A stretch of DNA of 63,702 nucleotides, the filler included, from Pirum gemmata (Eukaryota), in assembly GCA_002812295.1 (NCBI GenBank). It is 10 parts of 10 records of this genome, joined end to end, with 100 filler letters (N's around TTAATTAATTAA, not from the genome) between each part and the next. Parts side by side here need not be neighbours in the genome. Positions count along the whole stretch, not along the records: positions 32,052 to 38,355 come from PDIN01000304.1; positions 38,456 to 44,728 come from PDIN01000305.1; positions 44,829 to 51,043 come from PDIN01000306.1; 7 more parts are not named here. The stretch is one strand, 5' to 3'. Below the pieces are notes generated by a model. It searched no databases and was not told where the DNA came from. It saw nothing but the letters and a program-made list of their open reading frames with translations. A program made the translations under genes and the position numbers. Of the stretch, positions 37,070 through 50,464 are shown in pieces. Each line of letters begins with the position of its first letter. Within the stretch, counting starts at the first letter, position 1.

Positions 37070-38100
37070 CGCAATGTGCTCTAAAACATTGTTCATACAT
37101 TTTGTTTTGCACTACATATATGCTTATTACATAAGCTGAAAATATTGGTACTTTTCTTTGACCTACACAAAATACACAATCTTATTATTGTTTCAGTTGT
37201 ACTTCTTGTTGAAGCATCTCTTTCTTTCTTTTGTCTGACTTTCACATTTTTCGATGGTAGTAATGTAGGAGTACCAACAGCTTCCCTTCTTTGCTCAGCT
37301 TCAAATACATTGCGTCAACTTCTTGTGTGGACCTCATCATAGTTATTGTTAATCAATTCCTTTGCTAAGCTTTTCATAAACTTCTTTTGCGTGTTAGGGA
37401 AAGGTGCTGTTTTACTGTAAAGTAAGAAGCTATCAACAAGCAACACACCAATTGCAAGTAAAGAACTAATCACTCTCATTTTCCACTCTTTGACTTCTAA
37501 TTTTTTCTCTATATTCAAAGTGTCTTGGCGTCTCCTGTTATGGCGATCAACTTGGTCATTGTATTTGAAGCATTGACTTATTAATTGGGGCTGTGAAATT
37601 CTTATTTGTCAAATCAACAATTGTTAGTAAATAAGTAGGAAACATAGTGTAAAAGTAAGAAATTTTATCTCAAATTCCTGATTCATGCCATACTTAAAGT
37701 TTATTCCACAACCATTAACTGTCTGTTACCGCCCAATCTGGATATGATGGTCTAGCTTGTTTAGCATCTTCTGTGATTTCACCTTCTTGCCAATGTACAT
37801 TCGTAGTTGTTGATGATGATGTTGATGATGTTGATGATGTTGATGTTGATGTTGATGTTGGTGATGGTGTTAATGTTGGTGTTGGTGTTGGTGTTGGTGT
37901 TAGTGTTAGTGTTGGTGTTGGTGTTGGTAATACTGACGTTAACGTTAATGATGAGATCGATGTTGTTAATATTGTTGATTGTGATGATGATGCTGTTGCT
38001 AATGTTAATGTTGTTGATACTGACGATGATGATGGTGATGTTGTTAATAATGATGGATTGGTTTCTTTGATTATTTTGGTATTAATATGAAACTCTTTAA
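37070..38100 (-). pseudogene. Internally deleted piggyBac-like (DDE_Tnp_1_7-type) transposase
   Basis: S/T/P-rich N-terminus, then FYTMFPTYLLTIVDLTNKN fused at ~37600 to QPQLISQCFKYNDQVDRHNRRRQDTLNIEKKLEVKEWKMRV...VDSFLLY. Premature TGA at 37315-37317. C-terminal Cys-rich CILC...SLCNKHIC...CFRAH. Confidence 0.8.
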
Positions 38101-41100
38101 CTTTGATGTCATAAGTTGTTGCATTTATTATTATTATTATTATGTTAATCACTAATACTTTGAAGTTTGAAGTTTTTTATTCAATTTTATGTCATAATGA
38201 AATAAAAAACCAAAAAAACAGCGATGACCAAGGCAGATATTTTTTTTTTTTAAAATAATAGTCTATAGACTATGGATCAGCTAACTGGGGCAGCTGGTGG
38301 AGCAAGTCTGGGCCAACCTTTTTTGTCCAAAAAAAAAAAAAAAAAAAAAAAAAAANNNNNNNNNNNNNNNNNNNNNNNNNNNNNNNNNNNNNNNNNNNNT
38401 TAATTAATTAANNNNNNNNNNNNNNNNNNNNNNNNNNNNNNNNNNNNNNNNNNNNTCTTTGATATTAGGTTTCGAGGTTTATTTTTTAATAAACCTCTAT
38501 CATTGATATAGTAGCTATAGTATGATGGGTCGTGGTTTATTTTATTTTTTTCTTGTTTTTTTCTTTTTTTTTTTTGTAACTAATATATTGCAGCACAATA
38601 CCTTTAACTGGAAGGATAAGGTCTAGCTAGCTAGACTGGAAGACTAGTCTACTGGAAGGTTCAGTGACCGTTAGGCTAATACTGCTGGGTAATACTGTAA
38701 TGCATAGTGGTAGCAAAGTGATAACTTTCAGTGATAACTTTACGAGCTCATCCATCATTGATGCGTTGCTACCTAAAAAGGAGCTATTTGCCAAATATGT
38801 AGTCTTTAAATAGTAATATTTTACAAATACGTTGACTTTTAAAATTAAAAAAATAATAATTTTTAAATCATATTGGGTGCGTTATTTTTAAATATAGTAG
38901 GACTTTCCAAATATACTTGCCATTAACAATTTGGATCACTTTGCCCTCGCTGAAACCTACCAGGTAAATGTTGTTCGCCTGTTTCGCCTTACCATATTTA
39001 GTATTTGTAATTATTTATTTAGTAGCTACTTATTTAAGTAGTTACTTTAAAAAGAGTTTATTATACTATTTATAGTANNNNNNNNNNNNNNNNNNNNNNN
39101 NNNNNNNNNNNNNNNNNNNNNNNNNNNNNNNNNNNNNNNNNNNNNNNNNNNNNNNNNNNNNNNNNNNNNNNNNNNNNNNNNNNNNNNNNNNNNNNNNNNN
39201 NNNNNNNNNNNNNNNNNNNNNNNNNNNNNNNNTAATTTGGTATATTTTATTATATATTTATTTATTTAAAAGTATCAGTTTAAATATTATAAACAACCAA
39301 ATAAATATTCGGAGTGACAAAATAAATGAAAAGCACGATAGTAGAAATTATTGTTATTAGACCCGGTCCTACCGACCGAACTACCAAATCTTACCATTTT
39401 GAACTAGCTATCATCAGTGGGGGGGGGGGGGGCTCTACTGGTATCATATGGGTGGGCCAGCTGGTAATGCCTTATACCCTAGCTACTAGTGCCTTACCTA
39501 CTTTTTTTTCCCTGCTTTTTTTTTCCTGCTTTGTTTTTTCTGTGTTTTTTCCTGTAGCTACTACTAAGTCTACTAGCTAGCTAGACTAGGTGTTTTTTCT
39601 CTAGAGTGTTTTTTCTCTTCTTCTTTATTAGAAGTCGTTCTGAGAATTTTATTGGTAACCAGGAATCTTTCCAATGTAATTGTCAAATTGTATTGGCTGA
39701 AGAGATTTTATTTGGTCTAACGAATCACAGGTGTGGAGTTGTGAAGTTGAACCATGCCTGCCATTGCCTGGTCCCTGGGTCGGCCCTTCACTGCCTAAAA
39801 AAAAACTTTTATATACAGATATTTTTCACTTATTTTTCTCTGATACTTTTCTATAATATTTTAAATTATGTTATTATAAAATGTATTGATATTGTAGTGA
39901 TATTATATCATAGAACTGATATTATACAAGGACTTCATTATATTATTATAGACTATTATGTCATATTTTCGGTCATATTTTGTTGGACAAAATCACGGCC
40001 ACCTAAAGGTGGCTAAAGGTGGCCGTGACAAAATACTGATAAAATGCATTTTATTATAAATAGAACTGTACATATAAATGAATATAAATATGATATTTTA
40101 GCAGCTCATTATTAGTTTATGAAAACGGTTTCTCTTTCTGCAAGGTATTGAGTTGTAATGAGTTGTAATGATGTTCAAATCGAAGAATGTCCCTGACACC
40201 CACCCACGGTGACCCACCTGTATGCTAGCACTATGCTAGCCTGTATACTATCATATTATGATACTCACAACCAATGATGGAAACTTCGCGTCTATGATAA
40301 AGTAGTCAATATCGATAATTATACAGCTGTCGATCCAATGTTATTCTTATCATAGACTATTTCCATTATCAATATGCCTGATCAAGAAGTTGGAATACTG
40401 GTAAATGGGAATAAATAATAAAATAATATCTAAAATCTACAATTATATTATGCATAGTATTTTATATATATGAGTGGTTACTGAACTGGTTACTGGCAAC
40501 TTACTGCAGTTAGGAAGGAGTTTTAGAGCGAGACCAAAAAAAACAAAAAAAAAAGTGAAGAAAGATGAAAAAAGAAAGAAATAAAAATTAAAAACTTTTG
40601 AAGAAAAAAAATGGACAAGCTGACAAGTGAGCTCCGGTTGGCTAATAATAATAATATTAATAATATAATAATATGGTATTGTGATTATTTACAAACAACA
40701 AAAAATAAAATAAAAAAAATTCTCAATCGATACCATTCGTCTTATGATATCGATAATTCGATAGTACTTGTGAAAAAACAATATAATAAATAGGTTTGAG
40801 GTGTGGAATGTGGTGAGACCGAATTGGGTAAACCTTTCGAACAGGTATTACAACTCGAGCTGAACAAAATTGGAAAAACTGTGGTCTGAACTTTGAAGCA
40901 GCGCATGGAGCTCACTACTAGCTAGCTAGCTAGCATGTGTCAGGACCAGGAGTCAGGACTCAAGGCTGGGAGTAGTTAGTAGTAGACGGACTGTAGACCT
41001 AAGGAAAAAACAGGCTCTTTTTGGCTGTGATAAAAAAAAGTCGATTTCAAAAGTCAAAAGTACCTCCTCAATCCCCCCAGAAGGGCCCGAGAAGGCTCTT

Positions 41101-42336
41101 AATTAAACTATCATCTGGTCTGTCGTTCACCAAGTCTACAGTATCAATATAGCTACTCTACTAGGGTATTGATAAGCTAGACTCAGTAGAGCTATCGTAC
41201 GATATTATCATATTTAATTAATATGATACTATTACTGTTACTATTATGATAGACTAACTAGCTAGACTAGTACTAGCTACATATCTACATGGTAGACTAG
41301 CAGCTATTGATAGCTACTATACTCAGTATACAAGGTAGAAGAGGCATTTATTTATAATAGATATGATTAAACAACAATAAATAATAACAACAAAAACCCA
41401 AACGCAGCAGATATACTATATCATATATACGATACTACGCGGGCACTAGCTAGTTAGAGCACTGAGTTAGAGCATATCTAGCTAGTAGCTAGCTGGTGGG
41501 GTCCCATCCTTAATAGCTCCTCTCTAACTAGTAGTAGCTATCGTAGCTTGCATCCGATGTATGATACATGGTTACAATAAATTTCACAGTAATTTCACTG
41601 TCTTTTCATTTCTATTTTTTTATCATAATGTTTATAAATTATAACGTAACATATAATTCTACACTTTTGGTCAAACAACAAGCTACGATAGCTACATATA
41701 GCAGCAGCTATGGTCTACAGCTGGTGTCTACGAACAAAAATAATTATAAATAGGTGATAATATTTTGTAATATTATATATTGTATTGATAAAACCTTGAT
41801 ACTGAAGACATTAATAGTATCAGTCAATTGATATATATTGTAGGTTGTATTATAAATAATATACTATATGTATATTGTGCATCATGTCGATATACTGATA
41901 AAAAATGCTTCTAAAGCTACTCCTCTACTAGCTAGTTAGTCTGTAGTGGAAGTATGATAGTCTGATAGTAGTAAAACACTAGTAAAACTGTAGTAAATGC
42001 TATTTTTTTTTATGAAACATACATACGATAGTATACGCTCATACGATACTCATTACGATACAAAAAAAAACTCTTATCAATGCGATATACAAAAAGAAAA
42101 TCTTATTTCATTTCTGTGTGATCGAATCTTAGCAGACGAAAACAAGCATTGCCCAATATGCCTAATATTAAAAAACTTAATGTCCCCAAATATTTGATTT
42201 CGAACTTAGTAATATTTAGTAATTTCGAATATTATTTTTATTTGTATGTCATTTCATATGAAAAAAAAAAGATAAGATTTTTCAAGCTGTTTTTCGATCG
42301 ATTCATCGAGCTCATGGAGGTCGGTTGTATTTATGG

Positions 42337-42422
<86 letters not shown>

Positions 42423-42662
42423 CATTCACCGTGTTGCCTCGGCTAGCTAGCTAGCTACCGTTAGCCAGCACTATATAAAAAATATTTTTTCTTGAAAAAG
42501 TAAAAAAATAAAAAAACAAAAAGTCTACACAAAAACAAACACACAAACAAACAAACAAACAAACAAACAAAAATTGTAAAGTTTTATTTTAAAATTCTTT
42601 TTTAAACTGTAGTTGGCAGTCTTCGGTATTTCTTTGTTTCACTTGCAAAAAATCAATACAAA

Positions 42663-43676
42663 ATGCTTTGTGAAATTTCTACCATTCTTGCCAATGGTTC
42701 ATTTTTTTGGACTTGGATCAATCTTTCAGCACTTGCTTTTGTTTTATTACTTTCCACTTCAGGAACAGTTTTTTACTTTTATTACGCAAAGTCACAAATC
42801 ACTTACGAAAAATGGTCTCGTAAATCTAACCCTAAGTATCCAGCTCCAACTAAAGTACGTGATGAAATTGTACAAATGACTAAAGGTATGCTTTCTGCCA
42901 CTTTATTACCTACCACTGCTCTTTGGTTAGCTGACGAAAATCATGCTGCCCAGCTTTTTGGTGTAAAAACTCAAGGATTTTGTGGAACAGGGGGGTACAG
43001 TTGGTGGTACCACGTAGGCTGTTTTGCTTTCATCTGGGTTACTTCCGATTTCTTTGAATTCTTTTACCATTACTTGGGGCATAGTTTCAAATCCTTATGG
43101 AAACATCACAAAGCTCATCATCGTTTCTTTAACCCAACTCCATTTGCAGTAATTGCCGATGAATTTGTTGATCAGTTTGTTCGTGCTTCTCCTTTATTAG
43201 TTTTCCCTCTTTTAATGCCTGTTAACATTGATCTTTTGTTTTTGGAATATGCTTTCTTCTTTTATGGTTATGGTATTGTTCTTCATTGGGGTTATGAATT
43301 TGATTTCTTGGATGCTCACAATCCATACATCAACACTGCTTACCATCACTACTTGCATCACGCCAAATCAATTGTATTCAAACCATACCACACTGGGTTC
43401 TTCTTTAAAATATGGGACCAATTGTTTGGATCTGTATATGAAGGTGACTGCTTTTGTGCTAAATGCGAAAGAGGCCGTGGAAACCGTACAAGAGAACAGT
43501 TCGAAAAAGTGAAATTTCAAGATTACTCTGTTTTATTGCAACCGTCTTTTTGGTTAACAGCTGAAACACTAACTGGCCAAACTTCTTCCGAGAAAAATAC
43601 ATTGTTCGAAACGACTGATAAAACTACACCTACATCTGAAGTTACTGAAGTTGCTGAAGGTATCAAACAAGATTAA
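42663..43676 (+). CDS. Sterol C5-desaturase-like / fatty acid hydroxylase superfamily enzyme
   Basis: His boxes HYLGH, HKAHH, HHYLHH; KIWDQLFG; intronless; aaaaATG context. Confidence 0.92.
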   Translation: MLCEISTILANGSFFWTWINLSALAFVLLLSTSGTVFYFYYAKSQITYEKWSRKSNPKYPAPTKVRDEIVQMTKGMLSATLLPTTALWLADENHAAQLFGVKTQGFCGTGGYSWWYHVGCFAFIWVTSDFFEFFYHYLGHSFKSLWKHHKAHHRFFNPTPFAVIADEFVDQFVRASPLLVFPLLMPVNIDLLFLEYAFFFYGYGIVLHWGYEFDFLDAHNPYINTAYHHYLHHAKSIVFKPYHTGFFFKIWDQLFGSVYEGDCFCAKCERGRGNRTREQFEKVKFQDYSVLLQPSFWLTAETLTGQTSSEKNTLFETTDKTTPTSEVTEVAEGIKQD

Positions 43677-44341
43677 ATCCTGTTTTAGTTTGTTCCAGAA
43701 TTTTTATTTTATTTTTTATTAAAACAGGCAACAAACAAAACAAAGCAAAACAAAGAAAGGGTTTAAAATCTATTTTGTTTTGTGAAACTACAAAATTTAT
43801 TTTTTAAAATAACAATAAAATTTCTTTTTTACCGTATTTACTTTTTTTCTACCGAATCCATATTTAAATACGTAGTGAACAAAAAGAAATAAGTTACATA
43901 TTAATTTACCAGTGTTCGGATTATTGCTAAATGATACTCATTATTCATCAACCATCGACAAGATAGCATCTTCTAAGGCAGATTTTGATATAGATGAATC
44001 TAATATATATATGTAATATAATTAATCATTAATTATTAAGTATTAAATTAATACACGGTCGGTTACATGGTGTAACTTCTCCTGATAAACATCTACATTA
44101 AATCGTTTTATTTATTTATTTATTTATTCAATACGTTTTATAACTTATTTTTATTATCAATAGTTGCACTTTTTCTTGTTAAGGGATCAGAACAAGTGGT
44201 AACGAAATAATTAACAGAGGAAGAAAAAAGAAAAATAAAGATATGAAGCAAAAAAGCTAATAGAAGTAAAAAAGCTAATTTAAATATGAAAATTCGATTA
44301 TAAAGTAGAGAGTATATGGAAAACATGAGCGTTGATCAAAG

Positions 44342-44428
44342 ATTATTTCATAAAAATATTGACTCTTCCTACAAGATCGTAGTTGCACTCAGTCAGTCCG
44401 ATTTAACATTAAAAGAGAGAGAATAATA

Positions 44429-44469
<41 letters not shown>

Positions 44470-44546
44470 TATATAGTAATTCACATATTTACCTGTAGTT
44501 GTCAAAGTTTCCATGTCACTAATACTGCTAGAACCGCTGCTTTGAG
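44342..44546 (-). other. Possible 3' exons of a spliced gene whose 5' part is outside this piece
   Basis: 54-nt block 44493-44546 bounded by ag/gt (QSSGSSSISDMETLTTT) splices in phase to GRVNIFMK*. Further exon-like blocks extend down to ~43910. Confidence 0.3.
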
Positions 44547-45865
44547 CTGAATATGAAAAAGATTAAAAAGGGAAAAATAAATAAAATCAGTTTCCTTCAC
44601 TCTTTCAAAGTAAAAGTACAAAAAAAATAAAAAAATAAATAAATAAATAAACATGATAATAATATAATACTAAATAAACATGACAATAATATAATATCAT
44701 TGTGTGAACGTTATAATAATAATAATAANNNNNNNNNNNNNNNNNNNNNNNNNNNNNNNNNNNNNNNNNNNNTTAATTAATTAANNNNNNNNNNNNNNNN
44801 NNNNNNNNNNNNNNNNNNNNNNNNNNNNTTAAAGATTATAACCCTGCAAATAAATATTCAGAGTGACAAAATAAATGAAAAGTACAATAATAATACAATA
44901 TAATTTAGTATCGATAACTTCACGTTAAAAAACAACTAGTTTACAAATAAAATGGAAGTTTTTTCCTGTTCAGCTAGAGGCAGGTCTATTTATTTATGAT
45001 ATCGATTATTATCATATAAATCATATAAATTTTTTTTTTATTATTTATTTATTATAATAATATAATAATAATATGATATTATTTATAAATAAGAAAGTTC
45101 TAAAAAAATGCCAAAAAATATTTTTGGCAAATAAAAAAATAAAAACTTTTGCGATAATAATGCGCATATTAGGATGCTCAAGCACGACATCATGTTTCAG
45201 TTTTTAGTAAATCATTTTCCCCCTTTTGCTGACCCAAACTATGTTTTTAGAAATATTTTACACAGATCTTCCTAAAAGACAAGTTAGACTCAAGTCAGAC
45301 AAGGTCAGAGAAAATACAAAAAGATTCTCACTAAGCCTCACTAAGACCTCTATCTTTAATCAGGAGAGGCAGGGCTATCCGGTTGGTCCATTTTATTTTT
45401 TTGAGATTCTCACTAAGCCTTTTTTTTTTTTTTTTTTTTTTTCTTAAAAAAAAAAAAAATATGTTTTTTTTTTTTTTTTTTTTTTATTTATAAATAATTA
45501 TTCTCCCAGTAAAATTATTATGAACTACTCCGGCTTGCTTCTTTCTTTCTTGCTTCTTTGTACTATAGCTATGATATTGATGCTAAGATATTAATTATTG
45601 ATAGTATTCCGCATAGCTAGTTATTTCTGATGGTAGTTGATAATATGATATGATATAGCGTAGTAAATAAAACACTACTGATGAAATATTTCGTTGATAC
45701 AGCCATAATGACACAGACCGTAATAGTTCAAATGTTCTCGTTTTCTTGCATTTTTTAAAAGTTTTTGAGCTTGCAATTGTATATTCTATTATGTACATAA
45801 TACTATATTTTATCGATAGTATTTGTGATATATAATGAACAAAGTAATTATTTTAAAATGACTAT

Positions 45866-46230
45866 CGTGTTTTTCAATAGTGTTTTCCAGTTCAAAAACT
45901 GAAATAAACGTACAAAATGAGTGACTAGTATCAACATGATAAAATGATGCTCATTATTCATGAGAACTATCGTGTTGTTCAGTTCAAAAACTGAAATAAA
46001 CATACCAAATGAGTGACTAGTAGTATCAACATGATAAAATGATGTTCATTATTCATGATATTCATGAGAACTATCGTGTTGCCCAGTTCAAAAACTGAAA
46101 TAAACGTACCGAATTATTATCATGGTTAAACTTTATCAGACACTTTGGTATTATATATTTAATGTTGTTTTTTGTAAAATTCCATTATACACTCAATTAA
46201 ACAGTACCAAATCAAAGATTGAGAGAGACG
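45866..46230 (-). mobile_element. MITE family A2 with triplicated end
   Basis: ctatcgtgtt...agttcaaaaactgaaataaac occurs 3 times; opposite end gattgagagagacga|TA. Confidence 0.75.
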
Positions 46231-46773
46231 ATATGATACCTATGTCTACGACTGTAGGCATTATAGACTAACTGGCATTATTCTAGCTAGCTAGCTAGGC
46301 ATTATTACTGTGTTATTTTTTTTTTTTTTATAAATAAATAATTTGGCCTTTTTTCGTTCTTCTATTTGTTATTATCGTAAGCAAATTAATTTTATATCAC
46401 ATTTATAATTTTTTTGAACGAAACATTTTCAATATTCTTTAGAAAACACCTCTTAGACTATACAACCCACTCTCTAGTAGACTACAAATAGTAGCTAAAG
46501 TACAGCCGGACCAGCGGTCAACCCACCTTCCCAGTCATCCCCAAGTTCTAATTTTTTTTTTTTTTTTTCGGTCAGTTTTTCGAGCCGAAAAATTATATCA
46601 TATACTGGTAGACATATAATCACTACCTTTATTTGGCAGGTTGACTTTTTTCAAAGTATTCTACATTTTCCCCTCTACCTCTAGCTAGTAGCCAGCTACT
46701 AGTAGCTAGACTAGCTAGCAATGATAGTCGTATCTATAGATGGACAAAAGACGTTTTTTTTTTTTTTAAACAA

Positions 46774-46980
46774 CCAAGCTGGATAAAACTGTAGAAATCT
46801 TTTTTTTTTAGACTTCTTTTCTAAAATCATTAATTATAACTAGCCAAATTATTTTTAAAAACTAGCAATTGGTTCATTATAGAATTTTATTACTTAGAAG
46901 TTTCTAATAATTTGGTAGTATTTTTATTTTAAATTGGATTTTTTTGAGATTTTTAGATGTCGCCATTTTTATCCGGCTTT
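46774..46980 (-). mobile_element. MITE family C (TIR CCAAGCYGGATAAAA)
   Basis: ccaagctggataaaa...ttttatccggctt; the copy ending at 62641 is followed by TA. Confidence 0.8.
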
Positions 46981-47990
46981 ATATGATATAATAGTTTTTA
47001 AAAAAGAAAGAAAGAAAGAAAAAGAAAGTAGGCGAAAAAAATGCGCAAAAATAGGTGCTAGAAAAGGAAATAAAAAACGAATAATTTGAACCTCTAGCTA
47101 GCTAGCGGTGGTCAATATGTAAGTAAAAGTCAATACTTTTTGAAAAAAGTCTCCAACGCCTTTTATTTTTTTTACAATTGCTAACTTTGGAAAAGGTCAA
47201 AAGGGGCTGTTGAAATAGAAGTTTGTACCTTGTTCGGGCTTTGCAAGTGGTGATCTTCCCAAAAGAAGGAAATCGTGATACTTTCATTAGCTGATCCGAT
47301 ATAATTTTGAAATATCGATTTTTTGGCGATTTTTGCGATTTTTATAAATAAATCAGTTTTTTTTTTATCCTTGCATCATCAAAAAGTGCCATCAACGTGA
47401 TCCTACTGCTATCATACTACCTACTCTAGCTAGCTAGCTAGCTACTAGTCTAGCTAGAGCAAAGTGATCAAAGCATTAGAAGTTGAGAACAGAAAAAATC
47501 AAAATTATTTATTCTATCACTGTCTCTCATAGCATTCGATTATCATAATAATTATTATGATAGGTAGAATAGGTAGACCTTTACCGTATTATGGCATACT
47601 TATATAACAACCTTTTAAAAAGTAATATATTAAAAATGTAATAATTATTAAAAAATAACAATTTAAAAAATAATTTATAATTATCGATCCCATTATCATA
47701 AAAATTATTTCCAAGAACTTTTATCATAATTACAGTGGGGTTTTGCTCAAGGGGTTTTACTTTTCTTTTTTTTAAAACCCCCCAATGATAGCAGCGAGAT
47801 TCGGGAAAATGAGCAATATTTCGTCTAATATTTCTTACGAATATTGGGCCGAATATAATAAATAATAATAAAAAAGAAAAGGAAAAAACGTTTGAAAATA
47901 ATTTCTCGACAAATATTATGACTGCAATTACTTACCTACCCCCATTTCTTGGGTTTCTATTCGATAATTTATTTTTTATAAAATTTATTG

Positions 47991-48035
<45 letters not shown>

Positions 48036-48580
48036 CGACTACTACTAGTAGCTAGCTATAGCGTGGGTGATCGGTTTTTCTTTTGTATCATATCTGATAA
48101 TTAATTTATAATAAAATCAATACTAGCTAGACCCCCGGGCCTCTACTAGCTAGTCCTCTACTATATAATTAAATTTTTTGAAAATTCTATTTTTTTTGTC
48201 ATTTGTCTGTCATACATAGTCTATCATACATCTTATAAATAATCACCCCATCACACAAAAAAAACTCGAAATCATCGAAACTTAAAAAAGAAAAAAAAAG
48301 AAAAAACGAGGACACAAAAAAAATAGATTTTTACTAAAATAAATATCTGAAAATACTCTAAAATAATATTAGCATACTATTACAATACTAACAAACAACA
48401 CCAACACCAATAATAATAATAATAATAATAATAATAGGTATTCAAACAAACACCCTTTCTTATCCATCTACGTGACATAACTAAGTCCTCAAAATACATA
48501 AAAATTAAATAATTGAAAATTTTGAAATACAATATATAATAATAAAATAATAAATAGTAAATCAGTTCAAAAAATAAATA

Positions 48581-49480
48581 ATGCTAACTGAAACCTACAT
48601 AAACGTTGCTGCTGGCGGCACTAGTTCCTTCTTTGCATCCATCACTTTACAACCCTTGGATGTATTAAAAACAAGAATTCAAAACTCTAAAACAAGTTTA
48701 CGTATGATCCCAACAGTTTCTTCTTTGTTGCAAAAAGAAGGTGCGTCTGGTCTTTGGAGAGGTGTCACACCTTCAATCTATCGTACTGTACCAGGTGTAG
48801 CTGGTTATTTTACTCTTCTTAATTGCACTAAAGCGAAAATATTAGGTTGTGATGTAAGTGCAGCTTCTAAACAGTCTTTATCTCCTGGTTTATCCTTTAT
48901 GACGGCCTTGGCTTGTCGTTCAATAGTTGCCACTACTCTTTTACCCTTCACAGTGATTAAAACAAGATATGAGAGTGGTTTGTTTAACTATACCAGTACT
49001 TGGGACGCTTTAAGAAAAATTGCCCAAACTGAAAAGATCAGGGGTTTATATACTGGGACCACAGCCACACTTATGCGCGACGCCCCTTTCTCTGCCTTAT
49101 ATTTTACTTTTTACGAAAGTTTTCGTTCTACTCTTCGCGAACAAAAGAACATCTCAATCATGGGTGCTAATTTGGAAACTGGTTCTATCCCCACCCCAGT
49201 TGTCAACTTGTGTGCTGGTATGTCTGCTGGTATGGTCGCTACTGCTGCTACTCACCCTGCTGATGTTATACGTGCTAGAATGCAGTTAGACAGTAAACAA
49301 CGCTACCCTACTCTAACCAAAACAGCCTTCCGGTTGTATTTAGAAGGTGGTTTCAAAATATTTTATCGCGGTGTAGTTCCCCGTACGTTGCGTAGAACAA
49401 TGATGTCTGCAATTACCTGGACTATGTACGAAGAAATTGTTAAATTCTATTCATTTCATTTGGGAAACAAAAAAATGTAA
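48581..49480 (+). CDS. SLC25A38: Mitochondrial glycine carrier (SLC25A38/Hem25-like)
   Basis: Three carrier repeats (PLDVLKTR, PFTVIKTRYES, PADVIRAR); RTVPG, RDAPF and PRTLRR as in SLC25A38/Hem25. Confidence 0.88.
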   Translation: MLTETYINVAAGGTSSFFASITLQPLDVLKTRIQNSKTSLRMIPTVSSLLQKEGASGLWRGVTPSIYRTVPGVAGYFTLLNCTKAKILGCDVSAASKQSLSPGLSFMTALACRSIVATTLLPFTVIKTRYESGLFNYTSTWDALRKIAQTEKIRGLYTGTTATLMRDAPFSALYFTFYESFRSTLREQKNISIMGANLETGSIPTPVVNLCAGMSAGMVATAATHPADVIRARMQLDSKQRYPTLTKTAFRLYLEGGFKIFYRGVVPRTLRRTMMSAITWTMYEEIVKFYSFHLGNKKM

Positions 49481-50431
49481 ACTTTCAATATCATATAGAA
49501 ATAACAATAACCAGTATTTTAAATTTTTATTTTAAAAACTGTTAATATATAACATATATTGGAAAATTAGTGAACGTATATGTAAAATAATAAATAGATT
49601 ATTTCCAGTAAAATTCTTTCTTTCTTTAAAAAAACTTTAACATTCAATTTTTTATAATTTAATCAGCTATTAAACGTTTTTTTTTAACGTTGGCAACAAA
49701 CAGCAACAGATAATAATTAATACGATATGCGATATGTCTATAGTAACTATACGCCTTGCCTTGCCTTGTAATATTCTTGTAATGCTTGTATTGATACAAT
49801 AATACTTTTAAAATATTATTCACTTGCAAAACTGTTAGAGAGTATCAGATACGACTATCAGATAATAGCAAGACTGAGCTTGCCTATGTTTTTCTGAAGT
49901 TTTTTTTTTTTACAAGTGTTTCGGGCACTGTTTCTTGCCCAATTGCCTAAAAAAAAACATTCCTCTGCCTTTTTTTTGATTTTATATATAATAATCAAAA
50001 AAGTCTCATAAAAAAGGCAAAATATTCCAATATGAACTCTAAAATAGGCCTTCTAAAATGATCTCAAGTTCTCAACCACAACAATAATTTCGAAAATCAA
50101 AAGATACGACGAGCTCGAAACAACTCGAACTCCCTTCAGCTATCATACATGTTCAGTTAGTTATAATAAACAATATAACTTAAGTTCCGAAATAGTCAGC
50201 TCGAAGAGTAACGAACGTCATTTGTAAATAATCAAATCTTATCCACAGATTCCACACTATCATACTAGCTAGCTCTAGCCTCTAGCTAGACTAGCTAGCT
50301 AGTAGCTATCATATAACTGTTAGTAGCTACCAGTAGTGATGCTACTACTAGTAGCTAGATACTACTACTAAGCTAGCTAGCTAGCTAGCTAATTGGCTGC
50401 TTGCTAGCTAACTACTAGCTAGCTAGCTACC

Positions 50432-50464
<33 letters not shown>

